64,000 nt of DNA from Caulobacteraceae bacterium. GTDB lineage: Bacteria; Pseudomonadota; Alphaproteobacteria; Caulobacterales; Caulobacteraceae. Where the stretch lies: assembly GCA_035493215.1 (NCBI GenBank), contig DATJIO010000007.1, positions 15,578 through 79,577 of the forward strand. The letters are read 5' to 3'. Under the pieces are notes generated by a model. It worked only from the letters and a program-made list of their open reading frames with translations, searched no databases and had not been told where the DNA came from. A program made the position numbers and the translations under genes. Positions 33,642 to 43,980 of this stretch are shown here, piece after piece (position 1 is the stretch's first letter; each line of letters begins with the position of its first letter).

Positions 33642-34187
33642 ATGCTTATCAAGAGAATCCATCACGTGGCTTATCGCTGCCGGGACGCCAAGGAGACGGT
33701 GGAATTCTACCGCGACAACCTCGGCATGGATTTCCTGCTGGCGATTTCGGAAGACCACGTGCCGTCCACCAAGGAACCGGACCCCTATATGCACGTGTTC
33801 CTGGACGCCGGCGCCGGCAACGTGCTCGCCTTCTTCGAGATTCCCAATTCGCCGCCCATGGGAAGGGACGGCAATACGCCGGAGTGGGTGCAGCACATCG
33901 CTTTCAAGGTCGAGGACATGCCGTCGCTGCTGGACGCCAAGGCGCGCCTGGAGGCCAACGGCGTCGAAGTGCTCGGGCCGACCAACCACGAGCTGTTCCA
34001 GTCGATCTATTTCTTCGACCCCAATGGGCACCGCATCGAACTGGCCGCCGACACGGCGACGCCGGACATGCTGGCCCGCCTGCGGGCGGTGGCGCCGGAG
34101 ATGCTGGCGGAATGGAGCCGTACCCACAGCACGGTGAAACAGGCGGCCTGGCTGCACAGCAAGGAGTTCGCCGCCGAGGGGGTGTGA
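33642..34187 (+). CDS. VOC-family (glyoxalase/extradiol dioxygenase-like) protein
   Basis: ATG 33642 follows GGAGG. The sequence reads MLIKRIHHVAYRCRDAKETVEFYRDNLGM...VQHIAFKV...YFFDPNGHRIEL. Confidence 0.8.
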   Translation: MLIKRIHHVAYRCRDAKETVEFYRDNLGMDFLLAISEDHVPSTKEPDPYMHVFLDAGAGNVLAFFEIPNSPPMGRDGNTPEWVQHIAFKVEDMPSLLDAKARLEANGVEVLGPTNHELFQSIYFFDPNGHRIELAADTATPDMLARLRAVAPEMLAEWSRTHSTVKQAAWLHSKEFAAEGV

Positions 34188-34203
34188 TTGCGCGGGGCGG
34201 CCG

Positions 34204-34947
34204 CTAGATCAGGCCGAGCGCCTTGAAGCTGGCCACCCCGTCGCGGCCGACCACCAGGTGGTCGTGCACCGTCACGTTGAGCGCCCGGCCGGCCTCCGCC
34301 ACCAACCGCGTCATCTCCACGTCGGCCGCCGACGGCGTCGGGTCGCCGGACGGGTGGTTGTGCACCAGGATCACTGCGCTGGACGACAGCTCCAGCGCCC
34401 GGCGGACGATCTCGCGGGGATAGACCGGGGCGTGGTCGACGGTGCCGCGGTTCATGGTCTCGTCGGCGATGAGCTGATTCTTGCGGTCCAGGAACAGCAC
34501 CCGGAACTGCTCGCGCGGCTCGTGGGCCAGGGCCACCCGGACATAGGCGAGCAGGGCGTTCCACGACGAGATGACGGTGCGCCGGGCCACCGGGTCGCGG
34601 GCCAGCCGGGTGGCCGCCTCGTGAACCAGCTTGAGGTCCAGGGCTGTGGCCTCCTTCACGCCCTTGACGGTGCACAGCTCCTCGACGCTGGCGCACCAGA
34701 CCGCCGAGAGGGAGCCGAACCGGGCGATCAGGGCCTTGGCCAAGGCCTTGGTGTCCTGCTGCGGGATGGAGCGGAACAGGTACAGCTCGAGCAGCTCGTA
34801 GCCGGGCAGGGCGGTCAGGCCGCCGGCCCTGGCCCGCTCGCGCAGGCGTCCGCGGTGGCCGGCGTGATGCGGCTTGGGCGCGGGCCGGGCGGCCAGCCAG
34901 AGGTCGGCCTGGCCCGCGGCGTCGGCAACGGCGGTCGCTCGGTCCAT
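34204..34947 (-). CDS. radC: RadC-family (JAB/MPN) protein
   Basis: Trimmed to ATG 34947. It has the HNHPSGDPTPSAAD JAMM motif and an HhH region (ELLELYL...). Confidence 0.85.
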   Translation of the reverse strand: MDRATAVADAAGQADLWLAARPAPKPHHAGHRGRLRERARAGGLTALPGYELLELYLFRSIPQQDTKALAKALIARFGSLSAVWCASVEELCTVKGVKEATALDLKLVHEAATRLARDPVARRTVISSWNALLAYVRVALAHEPREQFRVLFLDRKNQLIADETMNRGTVDHAPVYPREIVRRALELSSSAVILVHNHPSGDPTPSAADVEMTRLVAEAGRALNVTVHDHLVVGRDGVASFKALGLI

Positions 34948-35114
34948 GGGGCGACAATGTTCCCCATGCGTTCCAATTTGGCAAGGGGGCTGAAGCGATG
35001 CCGCCGCCGGCATGAGCGGATGGCGAGCTTGACCGTTGCCGACCGGGGGCTCTCATCCGTCTTAGGAAATGCCGGGCAGGGCGATAGGGCCGCTGGCCGA
35101 TATCGGGGAAACAC

Positions 35115-35750
35115 ATGCGCCCACTGGCCTGCCTCGCCGCCGCCTTCACCCTCGCCGCCGTCCCGGCCGTGGCCCAGCAACAGGTCACGGGGCGACCCAC
35201 CACCCCGTTCAAGGCGACCATGGACCCGGCGGCCTCTCCGGCCGGGACCTATGCCCTGACCGGCTACCACGTCGGTGTGATCGTCCGGGTCCTCCACGCC
35301 GGCTTCTCGTACAGCGTCTTCCGCATGGACAAGGTGACTGGCTCGCTGACCTGGGACCCGGCCAGGATCGAGGCCTCCAAGGTGACGGCGACCATCGCCG
35401 CCAATTCGCTGAGCACCAACGTCCCCGGTTTCGCCGCGACCCTGACCGGCCCGACCTGGCTGGACGCGGCCAAGTACCCGGCCATCACCTTCACCTCGAC
35501 TTCCATCCGGCGCACGGGCCCGACCACCGGCCTGATCGCCGGCGACCTGACCCTGCACGGCGTCACCCGGCCGGTCACCCTGGACGCCACGCTGACGGGC
35601 GCCGGCCAGGGCCCGAACGCGGCGACCCTGGGCTTCACCGCCAACACCGTGGTCCGCCGCTCGGACTTCGGCGCCGGTCCGGCCCTCGATGTGGTCGGCG
35701 ACGAGATGAAGGTCGAAATCGACCTGGAGTTCGTGAAGACCCCGACCTAG
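35115..35750 (+). CDS. YceI-family periplasmic protein
   Basis: 211-aa ORF with a signal peptide and AAKYPAITFTSTSI...GDLTLHGVTRPVTL, the YceI signature. Confidence 0.85.
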   Translation: MRPLACLAAAFTLAAVPAVAQQQVTGRPTTPFKATMDPAASPAGTYALTGYHVGVIVRVLHAGFSYSVFRMDKVTGSLTWDPARIEASKVTATIAANSLSTNVPGFAATLTGPTWLDAAKYPAITFTSTSIRRTGPTTGLIAGDLTLHGVTRPVTLDATLTGAGQGPNAATLGFTANTVVRRSDFGAGPALDVVGDEMKVEIDLEFVKTPT

Positions 35751-35807
35751 GGGGCTTAAAGGGGGCCGGGTCCCGAAGGGCGGGGCCGCCGCGATCGTCT
35801 TGAGGCC

Positions 35808-36632
35808 TTAAGCCCCCAGGATTTCCGGCTTGAACAGGCCGGCGGGCGAGCCGGTGAAGACCTCGACGCCGGTCTCGGTGATCCCCACCGAGTGCTCGAA
35901 CTGGGCCGACAGGGACTTGTCGCGGGTGACCGCGGTCCAGCCGTCGGAGAGCAGCTTCACCTGCGGACGGCCCAGGTTCACCATCGGCTCGATGGTGAAG
36001 AACATGCCGGGGCGCAGCTCGCGCCCTTCGCCCGGGCGGCCCAGGTGCAGGACGTTGGGGCTGTCGTGGAACACCTGGCCGACCCCGTGGCCGCAGAAGT
36101 CCCGCACCACCGAGCAGCGCTGGGCCTCGACGTAGGACTGGATGGCGTAGCCGACGTCGCCCAGGGTAGCGCCCGGCTTGGCCGCGGCGATGCCGCGCAT
36201 CAGCGATTCGTAGGTGACGTCCACCAGCCGGCGGGCCCGGGCCGAGACCTCGCCCACCCCGTACATGCGACTGGTGTCGCCGTGCCAGCCGTCGACGATG
36301 ACGGTGACGTCGATGTTGGCGATGTCGCCCTCGCGAAGGGGCCGCGGCCCGGGGATGCCGTGGCAGACCACGTGGTTGGGCGAGATGCACACGGTCTTGG
36401 GATAGCCGCGGTAGAGCAGGCAGGCGGGGATGGCGCCGTGGTCCAGCACGAACTCGCGGGCCAGCCGGTCGAGCTCGTCGGTGATCACGCCGGGCCGGAC
36501 GTGGGGGACCAGCATGTCCAGGCACTCGGCCGCCAGCTTGCCGGCGCGGCGCATGCCCTCAAAGCCTTCCGGCCCGTGGATCTTGATCCCCTGGGTGCGG
36601 ACGGGGGGCGTGGCCGTTTCGACGAGGCTCAT
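35808..36632 (-). CDS. map: Type I methionine aminopeptidase
   Basis: Trimmed to ATG 36632 (MSLVETATPPVRTQGIKIHGPEGFEGMRRAG...), with HGIP, DIANIDVTV and FCGHGVG. Confidence 0.95.
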   Translation of the reverse strand: MSLVETATPPVRTQGIKIHGPEGFEGMRRAGKLAAECLDMLVPHVRPGVITDELDRLAREFVLDHGAIPACLLYRGYPKTVCISPNHVVCHGIPGPRPLREGDIANIDVTVIVDGWHGDTSRMYGVGEVSARARRLVDVTYESLMRGIAAAKPGATLGDVGYAIQSYVEAQRCSVVRDFCGHGVGQVFHDSPNVLHLGRPGEGRELRPGMFFTIEPMVNLGRPQVKLLSDGWTAVTRDKSLSAQFEHSVGITETGVEVFTGSPAGLFKPEILGA

Positions 36633-36871
36633 CGGTGGTGGTCTCCGGTCGGGCCGTCGCGCGTGGGCGCGCCAGGCAGGCGTGTCGGTTTGAACTAGCA
36701 TTCTAACATAGACCTTCGCCCCCGTTGCGCCAGTCCCGCGGCGCGGGCGACGGGCCGGCCGAACCGCGGTGGCCGGACGGAATCTTCGTGCTCCCGCTGG
36801 AACCTTCGCCCTACTAAGGGTTTAGTCCGGGTTGGGGCGTAGGTCCGTGCGGGCTGGGTCGGGGACGTTTT

Positions 36872-38812
36872 ATGGACAGGTCGGCGGGGTTGGACGGCGC
36901 TCGAGAAGATGAGGGCCAATACCGCCTGCTCCTCGACGCGATCACCGACTACGCCATCTACATGCTCGACCCCCAAGGACGGGTGACGAGCTGGAACGCG
37001 GGCGCCCGGAAATTCAAGGGCTACGAGCCGGCCGAGATCCTCGGCGAGCACTTTTCCCGTTTCTACACGGACGAGGATCGCGCGGCGGGCAAGCCCGCCC
37101 ACGCCCTGCGCACCGCCTCCAGCGAGGGGCGGTTCGAGACCGAAGGCTGGCGGGTGCGTAAGGACGGCGGCCTGTTCTGGGCCCACGTGGTGATCGACCC
37201 GATCCTGCGGCCGGACGGGGAACTGGTCGGATACGCCAAGATCACCAGGGACCTCACCGAACGTAAGGCCGCCGAGGACGCCCTGCGCCGCAGCGAGCAG
37301 GAGTTCCGGCTGCTGGTCCAGGGCGTCACCGATTACGCCATCTACATGCTCGACCCGGATGGGCGGGTCACCACCTGGAACGCCGGCGCCCAGCGCATCA
37401 AGGGCTACCGGCCCGAGGAGATCATCGGCGACCACTTCTCCCGGTTCTACACCGAGGAGGACCGGGCGTCGGGCCTGCCCGCCAGGGGCCTTGCGACCGC
37501 CATGACCGTGGGCCGGTTCGAAAAGGAGGGTTGGCGGGTCCGCAAGGACGGCACCCGCTTCTGGGCCCACGTGATCATCGACGCGATCCGAGGCGAGGGG
37601 GGCGAGGTGGTCGGGTTCGCCAAGATCACCCGCGACGTCACCGAGCGGATGGAGGCGCAAAGGGCGCTGGAGGTGGCGCGCGAGGCCCTGTTCCAGTCGC
37701 AGAAGATGGACGCCATCGGCCAGCTCACCGGCGGCGTGGCCCACGACTTCAACAACCTGCTGATGGCCATCCTCGGCAGCCTGGAGATGCTGCGCAAGCG
37801 GATGGAGCCCGATCCCAGGCTGACGCCCCTGATCGACAACGCCGTGCTGGGCGCCGAGCGGGGCGCGGCCCTGACGCAGCGGATGCTGGCCTTCGCCCGC
37901 AAGCAGGAGCTGACGCTGGAGCCGGTGGAGCTGCCGTCCCTGGTGCGCGGCATGACCCGGCTGCTGCAGCCGTCCCTGGGGCCGGGCATCGACATACAGA
38001 TGAATTTCCCGTCCGGGCTGCCGCCGGTGATGGCGGACGCCAACCAGCTGGAAGTGGCGCTGCTCAACCTGGCGGTCAACGCGCGCGACGCCATGGGCGA
38101 TACGGGGGTCATCACCATCTCCGCCGACGCCCGGACCGTCGAAGCCGCATCGCCCACGAGCTTGGCGCCGGGTGACTATGTCTGCCTTTGCGTCGCGGAC
38201 ACCGGCGAGGGCATGGACGAGGAGACCCTGGCGCGGGCGACCGAGCCGTTCTTCACCACCAAGGGCGTCGGCAAGGGGACCGGCCTGGGCCTGCCGATGG
38301 TCCACGGCGTGGCGGTTCAGTCGGGGGGGCAGCTGGTGTTGAAGAGCCGCAAGGGGGAGGGCGTCGTCGCCGAGCTGTGGCTGCCGGTCGCTTCGTCCGG
38401 AGAGCTCTCCGTTCGGTCCCCCGACCCCGTCGCCGCGATTGAGACGCCGCGGCTGGTGGTCCTCGCCGTGGACGACGACGCCCTGGTGCTGATGAACACC
38501 GTCTGCATGTTGGAGGACCTGGGCCACGACGTGCTGCAGGCGACTTCGGGCCGGGAGGCTCTGGCCCTCCTGCAGACCGGGCGGCGCCTGGACCTGGTGA
38601 TCACCGACCAGGCCATGCCGCAGATGACCGGCGTCCAGTTGGCGGAAGCGATCAAGGCCGAATGGCCCGACCTGCCCGTGGTGCTGGCGACCGGCTACGC
38701 GGAGCTGCCGCCCGGTCTGGACCCCGGCCTGCCGCGGCTGTCCAAGCCTTTCCTGCAGAGGGACCTGGCGCGGGCGGTGGCCGGCGCCGCCGCGCCGGCC
38801 CTGGTCGGCTGA
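36872..38812 (+). CDS. Hybrid sensor histidine kinase / response regulator with two PAS domains
   Basis: 646-aa ORF. It has a duplicated PAS unit ([28 protein letters not shown]), the H-box [11 protein letters not shown], an HATPase region (DTGEGM, GTGLGL) and a C-terminal receiver (LAVDDD...DQAMPQMTG). Confidence 0.9.
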   Translation: MDRSAGLDGAREDEGQYRLLLDAITDYAIYMLDPQGRVTSWNAGARKFKGYEPAEILGEHFSRFYTDEDRAAGKPAHALRTASSEGRFETEGWRVRKDGGLFWAHVVIDPILRPDGELVGYAKITRDLTERKAAEDALRRSEQEFRLLVQGVTDYAIYMLDPDGRVTTWNAGAQRIKGYRPEEIIGDHFSRFYTEEDRASGLPARGLATAMTVGRFEKEGWRVRKDGTRFWAHVIIDAIRGEGGEVVGFAKITRDVTERMEAQRALEVAREALFQSQKMDAIGQLTGGVAHDFNNLLMAILGSLEMLRKRMEPDPRLTPLIDNAVLGAERGAALTQRMLAFARKQELTLEPVELPSLVRGMTRLLQPSLGPGIDIQMNFPSGLPPVMADANQLEVALLNLAVNARDAMGDTGVITISADARTVEAASPTSLAPGDYVCLCVADTGEGMDEETLARATEPFFTTKGVGKGTGLGLPMVHGVAVQSGGQLVLKSRKGEGVVAELWLPVASSGELSVRSPDPVAAIETPRLVVLAVDDDALVLMNTVCMLEDLGHDVLQATSGREALALLQTGRRLDLVITDQAMPQMTGVQLAEAIKAEWPDLPVVLATGYAELPPGLDPGLPRLSKPFLQRDLARAVAGAAAPALVG

Positions 38813-38839
38813 ACCTCCGGCGGCTGGACCGGGCCGCGC

Positions 38840-39361
38840 TCACGCCTTCAGGCGCAGGGCCCCGACGTAGTCGAGCTTGCCCACCGGCGCCCCTTTGCCG
38901 CGCAGGATGGCGTAGGCCATGGACGCGTGGAAATAGAAGTTGGGCAGGGAGAACGACAGCAGGAACCCTTCGGCCGTGAACACCCGGTCCATGCCGCGGG
39001 CGGTGAACACCACCTCGGCGCCGGAGCGCGCATTGACCGCCTCGGGCGACAGGGCCCGCAAGGCCGTGCGCGCCTCGCCGACCAGGGCCTGCAGCCCCGC
39101 ATAGTCGTGGGCCGGCCGCTCGCCGGAAATGGTCAGGACGCCGCTGCGGATCGCCTCGACCGCGCCGACCGAGTGGAAGACCACCGACTGCACCTGGAAA
39201 CGGAAGGGGTGCATGTCGGCTGCGATGCGGGTCTCGACGATCGATTCCGGGTCGATGGCGTTGTCCCGGGCCCAGGCGAGGCCCTTGCCCAGGAAGCCGT
39301 CGACGGCGTCCAGGGTCTGCAGGTAGGTCGGCACACTCGCGTCGTAGAGCGATAGGGGCAT
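38840..39361 (-). CDS. DUF1993-family protein
   Basis: 173-aa ORF reading MPLSLYDASVPTYLQTLDAVDGFL...NFYFHASMAYAILR. Confidence 0.8.
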   Translation of the reverse strand: MPLSLYDASVPTYLQTLDAVDGFLGKGLAWARDNAIDPESIVETRIAADMHPFRFQVQSVVFHSVGAVEAIRSGVLTISGERPAHDYAGLQALVGEARTALRALSPEAVNARSGAEVVFTARGMDRVFTAEGFLLSFSLPNFYFHASMAYAILRGKGAPVGKLDYVGALRLKA

Positions 39362-39564
39362 GGGCGTCCTTGGGTCTGGTCCGGTGCGGAGCGCGCCACG
39401 CTAGCCTGCTCCGCGCCGGCTATCCACCCGCCGCCCGTTCCCGCCCGGGGCGGATTGTTTCCGCAGCCCCGTCATTTGAGCGTAGGGTGGCTTATCGCTG
39501 GCCGAGGTTTCGGGCGTCAGCGGATGAGAGATGCGCGTGCTCCCGCCTGCCGAGGAGCCTGGCC

Positions 39565-39831
39565 ATGCCCCAATACTTCTTCGACGTCACCGGCGGGGAC
39601 TTCAGCCCCGACCTTGTGGGCCTGGACTTCCCCGACATGGACGCGGCCCGCGTCCACGCCGTGGGCCTTTGCGGGGCCCTGCTCAACTCCAACGCCGCAA
39701 AGTTCTGGCAGGGCGAGGAGTGGCTGATCGAGGCCAAGGACGACTGCGGCCTGGTGCTGTTCACCCTTGTCTTCATGTGCAGGGACACGCCGATCACGCG
39801 GGGGACCCGGCCCCTGAAGGCCGTGGTCTAG
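39565..39831 (+). CDS. DUF6894-like small protein
   Basis: ATG 39565. The MPQYFFDV N-terminus with ...DMDAARVHAV... resembles that family as I recall. Confidence 0.5.
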   Translation: MPQYFFDVTGGDFSPDLVGLDFPDMDAARVHAVGLCGALLNSNAAKFWQGEEWLIEAKDDCGLVLFTLVFMCRDTPITRGTRPLKAVV

Positions 39832-39902
39832 GGCGCGTCGCGCGCGGCCATTCTCTTCCGCGGCTGTTCCGACGCGAAGTAAAACGTGGGAAGGTCGATG
39901 GC

Positions 39903-40370
39903 ATGAGCGGACTGAAACTGCCCCAGGAAGGCGGATGCCGTTGCGGACAGGTGCGCCTGAGGGTCGGCGCCCCGCCGCTGCTGACCATGGCCTGCCACTG
40001 CACCGGCTGTCAGCGGATGAGCTCCAGCGCCTTCTCCCTGAGCGCGGCCATCCCCAGCGAGGGGTTCGCGGTCACCCAAGGCGAGCCGGTGATCGGCGGC
40101 CTGCACGGGGCGGCGCGCCACTATTTCTGCCCCAACTGCATGAGCTGGATGTTCACCCGGCCCGAGGGCCTGGACTGGTTCGTCAACCTGCGCCCGACCA
40201 TGCTCGACGACCCGAGCTGGTTTTCGCCCTTCGTCGAGACCTGGACCGCCGAGAAGCTGCCTTGGGCGACGACCCCGGCGGTGCACAGCTTCGCGGCGTT
40301 TCCGCCGATGGACGCCTACCCGGGGCTGATCGGGGAATATGCGGCCAGGGCCGGTGCGCCGGCGCCCTGA
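39903..40370 (+). CDS. GFA-family (glutathione-dependent formaldehyde-activating / CENP-V-like) protein
   Basis: ATG 39903. It has the Cys ligand pattern GGCRCG...CHCTGCQ...CPNC. Confidence 0.8.
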   Translation: MSGLKLPQEGGCRCGQVRLRVGAPPLLTMACHCTGCQRMSSSAFSLSAAIPSEGFAVTQGEPVIGGLHGAARHYFCPNCMSWMFTRPEGLDWFVNLRPTMLDDPSWFSPFVETWTAEKLPWATTPAVHSFAAFPPMDAYPGLIGEYAARAGAPAP

Positions 40371-40453
40371 CGTGGCGTTCGAGGCGGCGGGCGGCGGCCA
40401 TGGCGATCGCGGACGTGACCTTGCGCATCGGCGCCGCCGACCCGGCCGTCATG

Positions 40454-40909
40454 TCACAGCGGCAGGTGGAGGAAGCGGTTGAAGGCGCTGCGCCGGTAGT
40501 CGGCGAAGGGGTCTCCGTGGACGAAGCCGCGCTTGCGGTAGAGCGCCAGCGCCGCCTCGAACGGCTCCCCCGTCCCGGTCTCGAGGCTTAGCCTGGCGAA
40601 CCCCCGCGCCCGCGCCTCGCCGATGATGTGTTCGAGCAGCGCCGCGGCCACCCCCTTGCGCAGGTGGTCCGGGTGGGTCCGCATCGATTTCACCTCGCCG
40701 GCGCCGCCCAGGTCCTTCAGCGCGCCGAGGCCGGCCAGGGCGCCGCCGTCCCAGGCGGTCCAGACCGTCACCTCCGGCGCGGTCAGGCCGGACAGGTCCA
40801 GGGCGAACGAATGGCCCGGCGGCGAACTGGCGTGCATCCCGTCCAGATGCAGCGCCAGCAGCGCCCGCACGGCCTCGCCGCAAAGGTCGTCCTTCCGGAT
40901 GGTCAGCAT
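40454..40909 (-). CDS. GNAT-family N-acetyltransferase
   Basis: The C-terminal 151 aa of track ORF 40454..41548, from ATG 40909 preceded by AGGAGA. It has the acetyl-CoA motif LRKGVAAALLEHIIGEARARG and ALALYRKRGF. Confidence 0.8.
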   Translation of the reverse strand: MLTIRKDDLCGEAVRALLALHLDGMHASSPPGHSFALDLSGLTAPEVTVWTAWDGGALAGLGALKDLGGAGEVKSMRTHPDHLRKGVAAALLEHIIGEARARGFARLSLETGTGEPFEAALALYRKRGFVHGDPFADYRRSAFNRFLHLPL

Positions 40910-41044
40910 TTGGTCTCCTGGCGCAGTGGCGTGAAGCTTCGCCTCTGACCCACAGCGGACCCCAGCTTCCATCGCTCGGAGCGATGTTGCAAACCGCGCC
41001 GACATGGCGGAGGGTTTCGCAACACAGCGTTGGGGGGAACGCAC

Positions 41045-41497
41045 ATGACAAGAACGGTCGGTTCGACGGCGCCGTACGGGATCCTGCTGCTGCGGGTGGT
41101 GCTCGGGGCGCTCTTCATCGCTCACCTGTACTTGAAGTTCGTCGTCATGCCGGCCGGGATACACGGCTGGTGGATGGGGTTGCTGAAGAACGGCTATCCG
41201 GCCTTCGTCCCCGCCTACGTCCTGTCGGCGGAATTCGCCGCGGCCCTGCTGCTGATCCCCGGCGTCCTGACCCGCTATGTCGCCCTCTACGCCATGCCGA
41301 TGATGCTCGGCGCGGCGCAGTTCTGGCTGGTGCGCAAAGGTTTCTACTTCACCGTCGCCGGGGCCGAGCTGCCCCTGGTCTGGCTGGCGCTGCTGGGCGC
41401 ACAGGTGCTGTTGGGCGACGGCGCCTGCGCCCTGGTCCCGTCCCCCGACCCGCGCAGGCTGTTCGGCCGCGGCGCGGCCCAGGCCGCGGGCGTCTAA
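41045..41497 (+). CDS. DoxX-family membrane protein
   Basis: ATG 41045 (MTRTVGSTAPYGILLLRVVLGALFIAHLYLKF...) with four hydrophobic helices. Confidence 0.7.
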   Translation: MTRTVGSTAPYGILLLRVVLGALFIAHLYLKFVVMPAGIHGWWMGLLKNGYPAFVPAYVLSAEFAAALLLIPGVLTRYVALYAMPMMLGAAQFWLVRKGFYFTVAGAELPLVWLALLGAQVLLGDGACALVPSPDPRRLFGRGAAQAAGV

Positions 41498-41548
41498 GCC
41501 GGGTCGCCGCCGCGCGGCGACCGTCTTCCACCCGGCCTTGGCGTTCAC

Positions 41549-42106
41549 TCAGTCGGCGATCGACCGGATGATCCTCGCCGGGTTTCCGCCGACGAGCGTG
41601 TTCGCAGGCACGTCCCGGGTGACGACGGAACCGGCCGCGACGACGGCGTTCTCACCCACGGTCACGCCGCCGATGACCGTCGCGCCGGCGGCGATCCAGA
41701 CGTTTCTCTCGATGACGATGGGCCTTGCGGTGACGAAGGCGCGTCGCCGCGACGGCTCGAGGGGATGGCCGGAAGTGATGAGGCTGACGTTGGGCCCGAT
41801 CATCACGTCGTCGGCGATGTCGAGCCCGCCGAGATCGTAGAAAGTGCAGTTCTGGTTCACGAAGACGTTGCGCCCGACGCGGGTGTCGAGGCCGCCCGTC
41901 GCATAGAATGGCGGTATCAGCACAAAGCTGTCGTCCACCGCCTTGCCGATGAGCTCGCCGAACAAGGCCCGGACCTCGTCTGCGTCGTCGAACGTCAGGC
42001 GGTTGAGGGCGGCGGTGATCGCCATCGCCCGTTTGACGCTTGCCAGCATGGCCGCCGATTCCGGCGTTCTCCGGGGGATCGACCTGGTGCGATCGTGATT
42101 CGCCAT
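41549..42106 (-). CDS. Sugar O-acetyltransferase (maltose/galactoside acetyltransferase-like, left-handed beta-helix)
   Basis: Trimmed to ATG 42106. It has hexapeptide repeats ...IGPNVSLITSGHP...VWIAAGATVIGGVTVGENAVVAAGSVV. Confidence 0.85.
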   Translation of the reverse strand: MANHDRTRSIPRRTPESAAMLASVKRAMAITAALNRLTFDDADEVRALFGELIGKAVDDSFVLIPPFYATGGLDTRVGRNVFVNQNCTFYDLGGLDIADDVMIGPNVSLITSGHPLEPSRRRAFVTARPIVIERNVWIAAGATVIGGVTVGENAVVAAGSVVTRDVPANTLVGGNPARIIRSIAD

Positions 42107-42166
42107 TGGCGATTTTCCTCCGGACGGCTCCACCCGTCGACCGCGGCGCCATGGCGCGCCCGGGCG

Positions 42167-42496
42167 TCAGCCGCCGGTCGCATCCACGACGAAGGCGACC
42201 GTCTTGCCCCGGGACAGCGGCTCCCATCCGGCCGCGACGGCGGAGGCGATGGCTGTCGCCACGAGCTCCGGAGCGATTTGCGACGGCTGCAGCAGCGGCG
42301 CCCCGAATCTGGGGCCCGGCGTGGCGGGAAACTCCAGCACGGCTTCGCGCTGGCCCTCCTTGTGCCGCGCGGCGATCGCCATGCCCTGCCATCCCGCGGC
42401 GTCGCTGGACCACTGGGGCTGCCGCTGGAGCCGCCAGACATAGGGCTCCCCGTCGACATCGATCTCGAACTCTGGGCTTCGCTTGGTTCGTGCCAT
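42167..42496 (-). CDS. Hypothetical protein (109 aa)
   Basis: An ORF with host-like GC3. I recognise no family. Confidence 0.45.
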   Translation of the reverse strand: MARTKRSPEFEIDVDGEPYVWRLQRQPQWSSDAAGWQGMAIAARHKEGQREAVLEFPATPGPRFGAPLLQPSQIAPELVATAIASAVAAGWEPLSRGKTVAFVVDATGG

Positions 42497-42519
42497 GGGA
42501 TGGAGTTAGCCCGGCGTGG

Positions 42520-43254
42520 TCACCGGCGCCACGGAATCCGGTGGGACAGACGGATCGCGCCCTGGCCCATCTCGCAGCGATAGGCCAGCACCTCCACCCC
42601 TGCGCCTGCCGCATGGTCCAGGGCGGCGGCGAACACCGGATCGAGGTCGTGGCAGGCGGAGAAGGCGTCGCAATCCTCCCGCTGGACCGTGAACAGCACC
42701 ACCGCCCGGTCGCCGGCGGCGACCACCGTCTCCAGCTCGCGCAGGTGCTTGGCCGAGCGCGCCGCCACGCAGTCGGGGAACTCCGCCAGCGTCCCGCCGC
42801 GGCGCAGGTGGCAGTTCTTGATCTCCAGCCAGCAGGCCGGGCGGCCCTCGCCGGTCAGCAGGAAGTCGACACGGCTGTTGGTCCCGTACTTCACCTCGGC
42901 GCGCACGGTCTCGTAGCCGGCCAGCTCGGAGATCAGCCCTTCGCGCAGGGCCTCGGCGGCCAAGCGGTTCGGATGCATGGTGTTCAAGCCGACGGTTACG
43001 AACTCGCCGGAAATCTCGTTCGGAACGTCCACCAGTTCCCATGTGAAGGGCAGCTTCCGCTTCGGGCTGGGGTCGTGGGAGAGCCAGCACGTCAGGCCCG
43101 GCGTGTTCAGGCCGATCATCGCTCCGGGGTTCGGGCAATGGGCGGTGATGACTGACCCGTCCTCCAACTCGATGTCGGCGAGGAACCGCTTGTAGCGTTG
43201 GATCAGTCGGCCTCGGACGAGCGGAGTGGCGAACTGCATGGTAGCAGACATCAC
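42520..43254 (-). CDS. sfsA: Sugar fermentation stimulation protein SfsA (chimeric: native 3' part plus island-borne 5' part)
   Basis: 244-aa ORF with ...[30 protein letters not shown]... and an SfsA C-terminal nuclease-like domain. The likely true start is the ATG at 43239 (MQFATPL). Sequence 5' of about 42984 belongs to the island (see the mobile element). Confidence 0.88.
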   Translation of the reverse strand: MMSATMQFATPLVRGRLIQRYKRFLADIELEDGSVITAHCPNPGAMIGLNTPGLTCWLSHDPSPKRKLPFTWELVDVPNEISGEFVTVGLNTMHPNRLAAEALREGLISELAGYETVRAEVKYGTNSRVDFLLTGEGRPACWLEIKNCHLRRGGTLAEFPDCVAARSAKHLRELETVVAAGDRAVVLFTVQREDCDAFSACHDLDPVFAAALDHAAGAGVEVLAYRCEMGQGAIRLSHRIPWRR

Positions 43255-43307
43255 GACCGGAGATGGCTCGGCAATGGCAGATTGGCGGCGTCCCCAGCGG
43301 GCGGGGC

Positions 43308-43607
43308 CTAATTGCCCGGTCGAGTCAGGAGCAATTCTAAGGCGTCCATATCGCGGAGCGGCTTCTCCGCGAACTCTCGTGGCGTCAGGATCGTGAGATC
43401 AAAGGCGACGCCGAGTCTCTCTCCAAGGTTGACGAAGGACCTTCGGATTTCATGTCCTTTCGCCAGTAGATCGGCGCGAGCGCAATCTACGACAATCACC
43501 AAGTCGATGTCCCGATAGCTCGCCTCCCCACGGAAGTAAGACCCCATACCGTAGAGGGCGGCGATTCCCTCAAGGCCCTCGGCCTCGCGTAGAATTTCCG
43601 TCCGCAT
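43308..43607 (-). CDS. Minimal nucleotidyltransferase (MNT, Pol-beta superfamily)
   Basis: 99 aa from ATG 43607. It has the GS-x9-DxD core ([22 protein letters not shown]) and a third acidic residue in AFDLTIL. The track ORF extends to 43742, but upstream of M46 it has no NTase-like sequence. Confidence 0.7.
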   Translation of the reverse strand: MRTEILREAEGLEGIAALYGMGSYFRGEASYRDIDLVIVVDCARADLLAKGHEIRRSFVNLGERLGVAFDLTILTPREFAEKPLRDMDALELLLTRPGN

Positions 43608-43980
43608 CGAGCTTGTCGTAATTCCAAAAATCGTCGGTGAACAGCGCGGGTATGATCTCGGCTCCGCGAAAAATCCCGATATGCCGATATTTGCAGAACT
43701 CAAGAGCTTCTTCGGTATATCCGTTCCAATTTCCCCCGACATATATGACGTTTACGCTCGGGAACGCGTCCAAGACCTTCATAACGAATTCAACGCCTGC
43801 CGAATATTCGTCCATACACGCGATAGTGAGGTGGTCGCCTTGCCTCGTGCGGTCCGCCTCAAAAATGAAGTCGTCGTGCCGTCGCACGCCGGTCAAGTTC
43901 CGGTGGCTTCCCAGAACCGATATGAGGTGACTGATCCGCGAGAAGGCGATCCCCCAAGAGTTGCTGCCGTTATCGTTCAC
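43570..43980 (-). CDS. Orphan 136-aa protein (alternating alpha/beta pattern, no recognised family)
   Basis: The GTG start at 43980 overlaps the HNH gene's TGA stop (GTGA). The 3' end overlaps the MNT start by 38 nt. A notable motif is VNVIYVGGNWNGYTEEALEF. Confidence 0.5.
   Translation of the reverse strand: MNDNGSNSWGIAFSRISHLISVLGSHRNLTGVRRHDDFIFEADRTRQGDHLTIACMDEYSAGVEFVMKVLDAFPSVNVIYVGGNWNGYTEEALEFCKYRHIGIFRGAEIIPALFTDDFWNYDKLDADGNSTRGRGP

Noticed and set aside
40454-41548. 364-aa ORF containing the GNAT domain
   Set aside because: The N-terminal 213 aa are antisense to the DoxX gene and are low complexity. A good RBS and ATG at 40909 give a normal 151-aa GNAT.
43570-43980. Middle gene of the operon as a HEPN toxin partner of the MNT
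   Set aside because: I found no Rx4-6H motif, and the sequence does not look all-helical. I kept it as an orphan protein instead.
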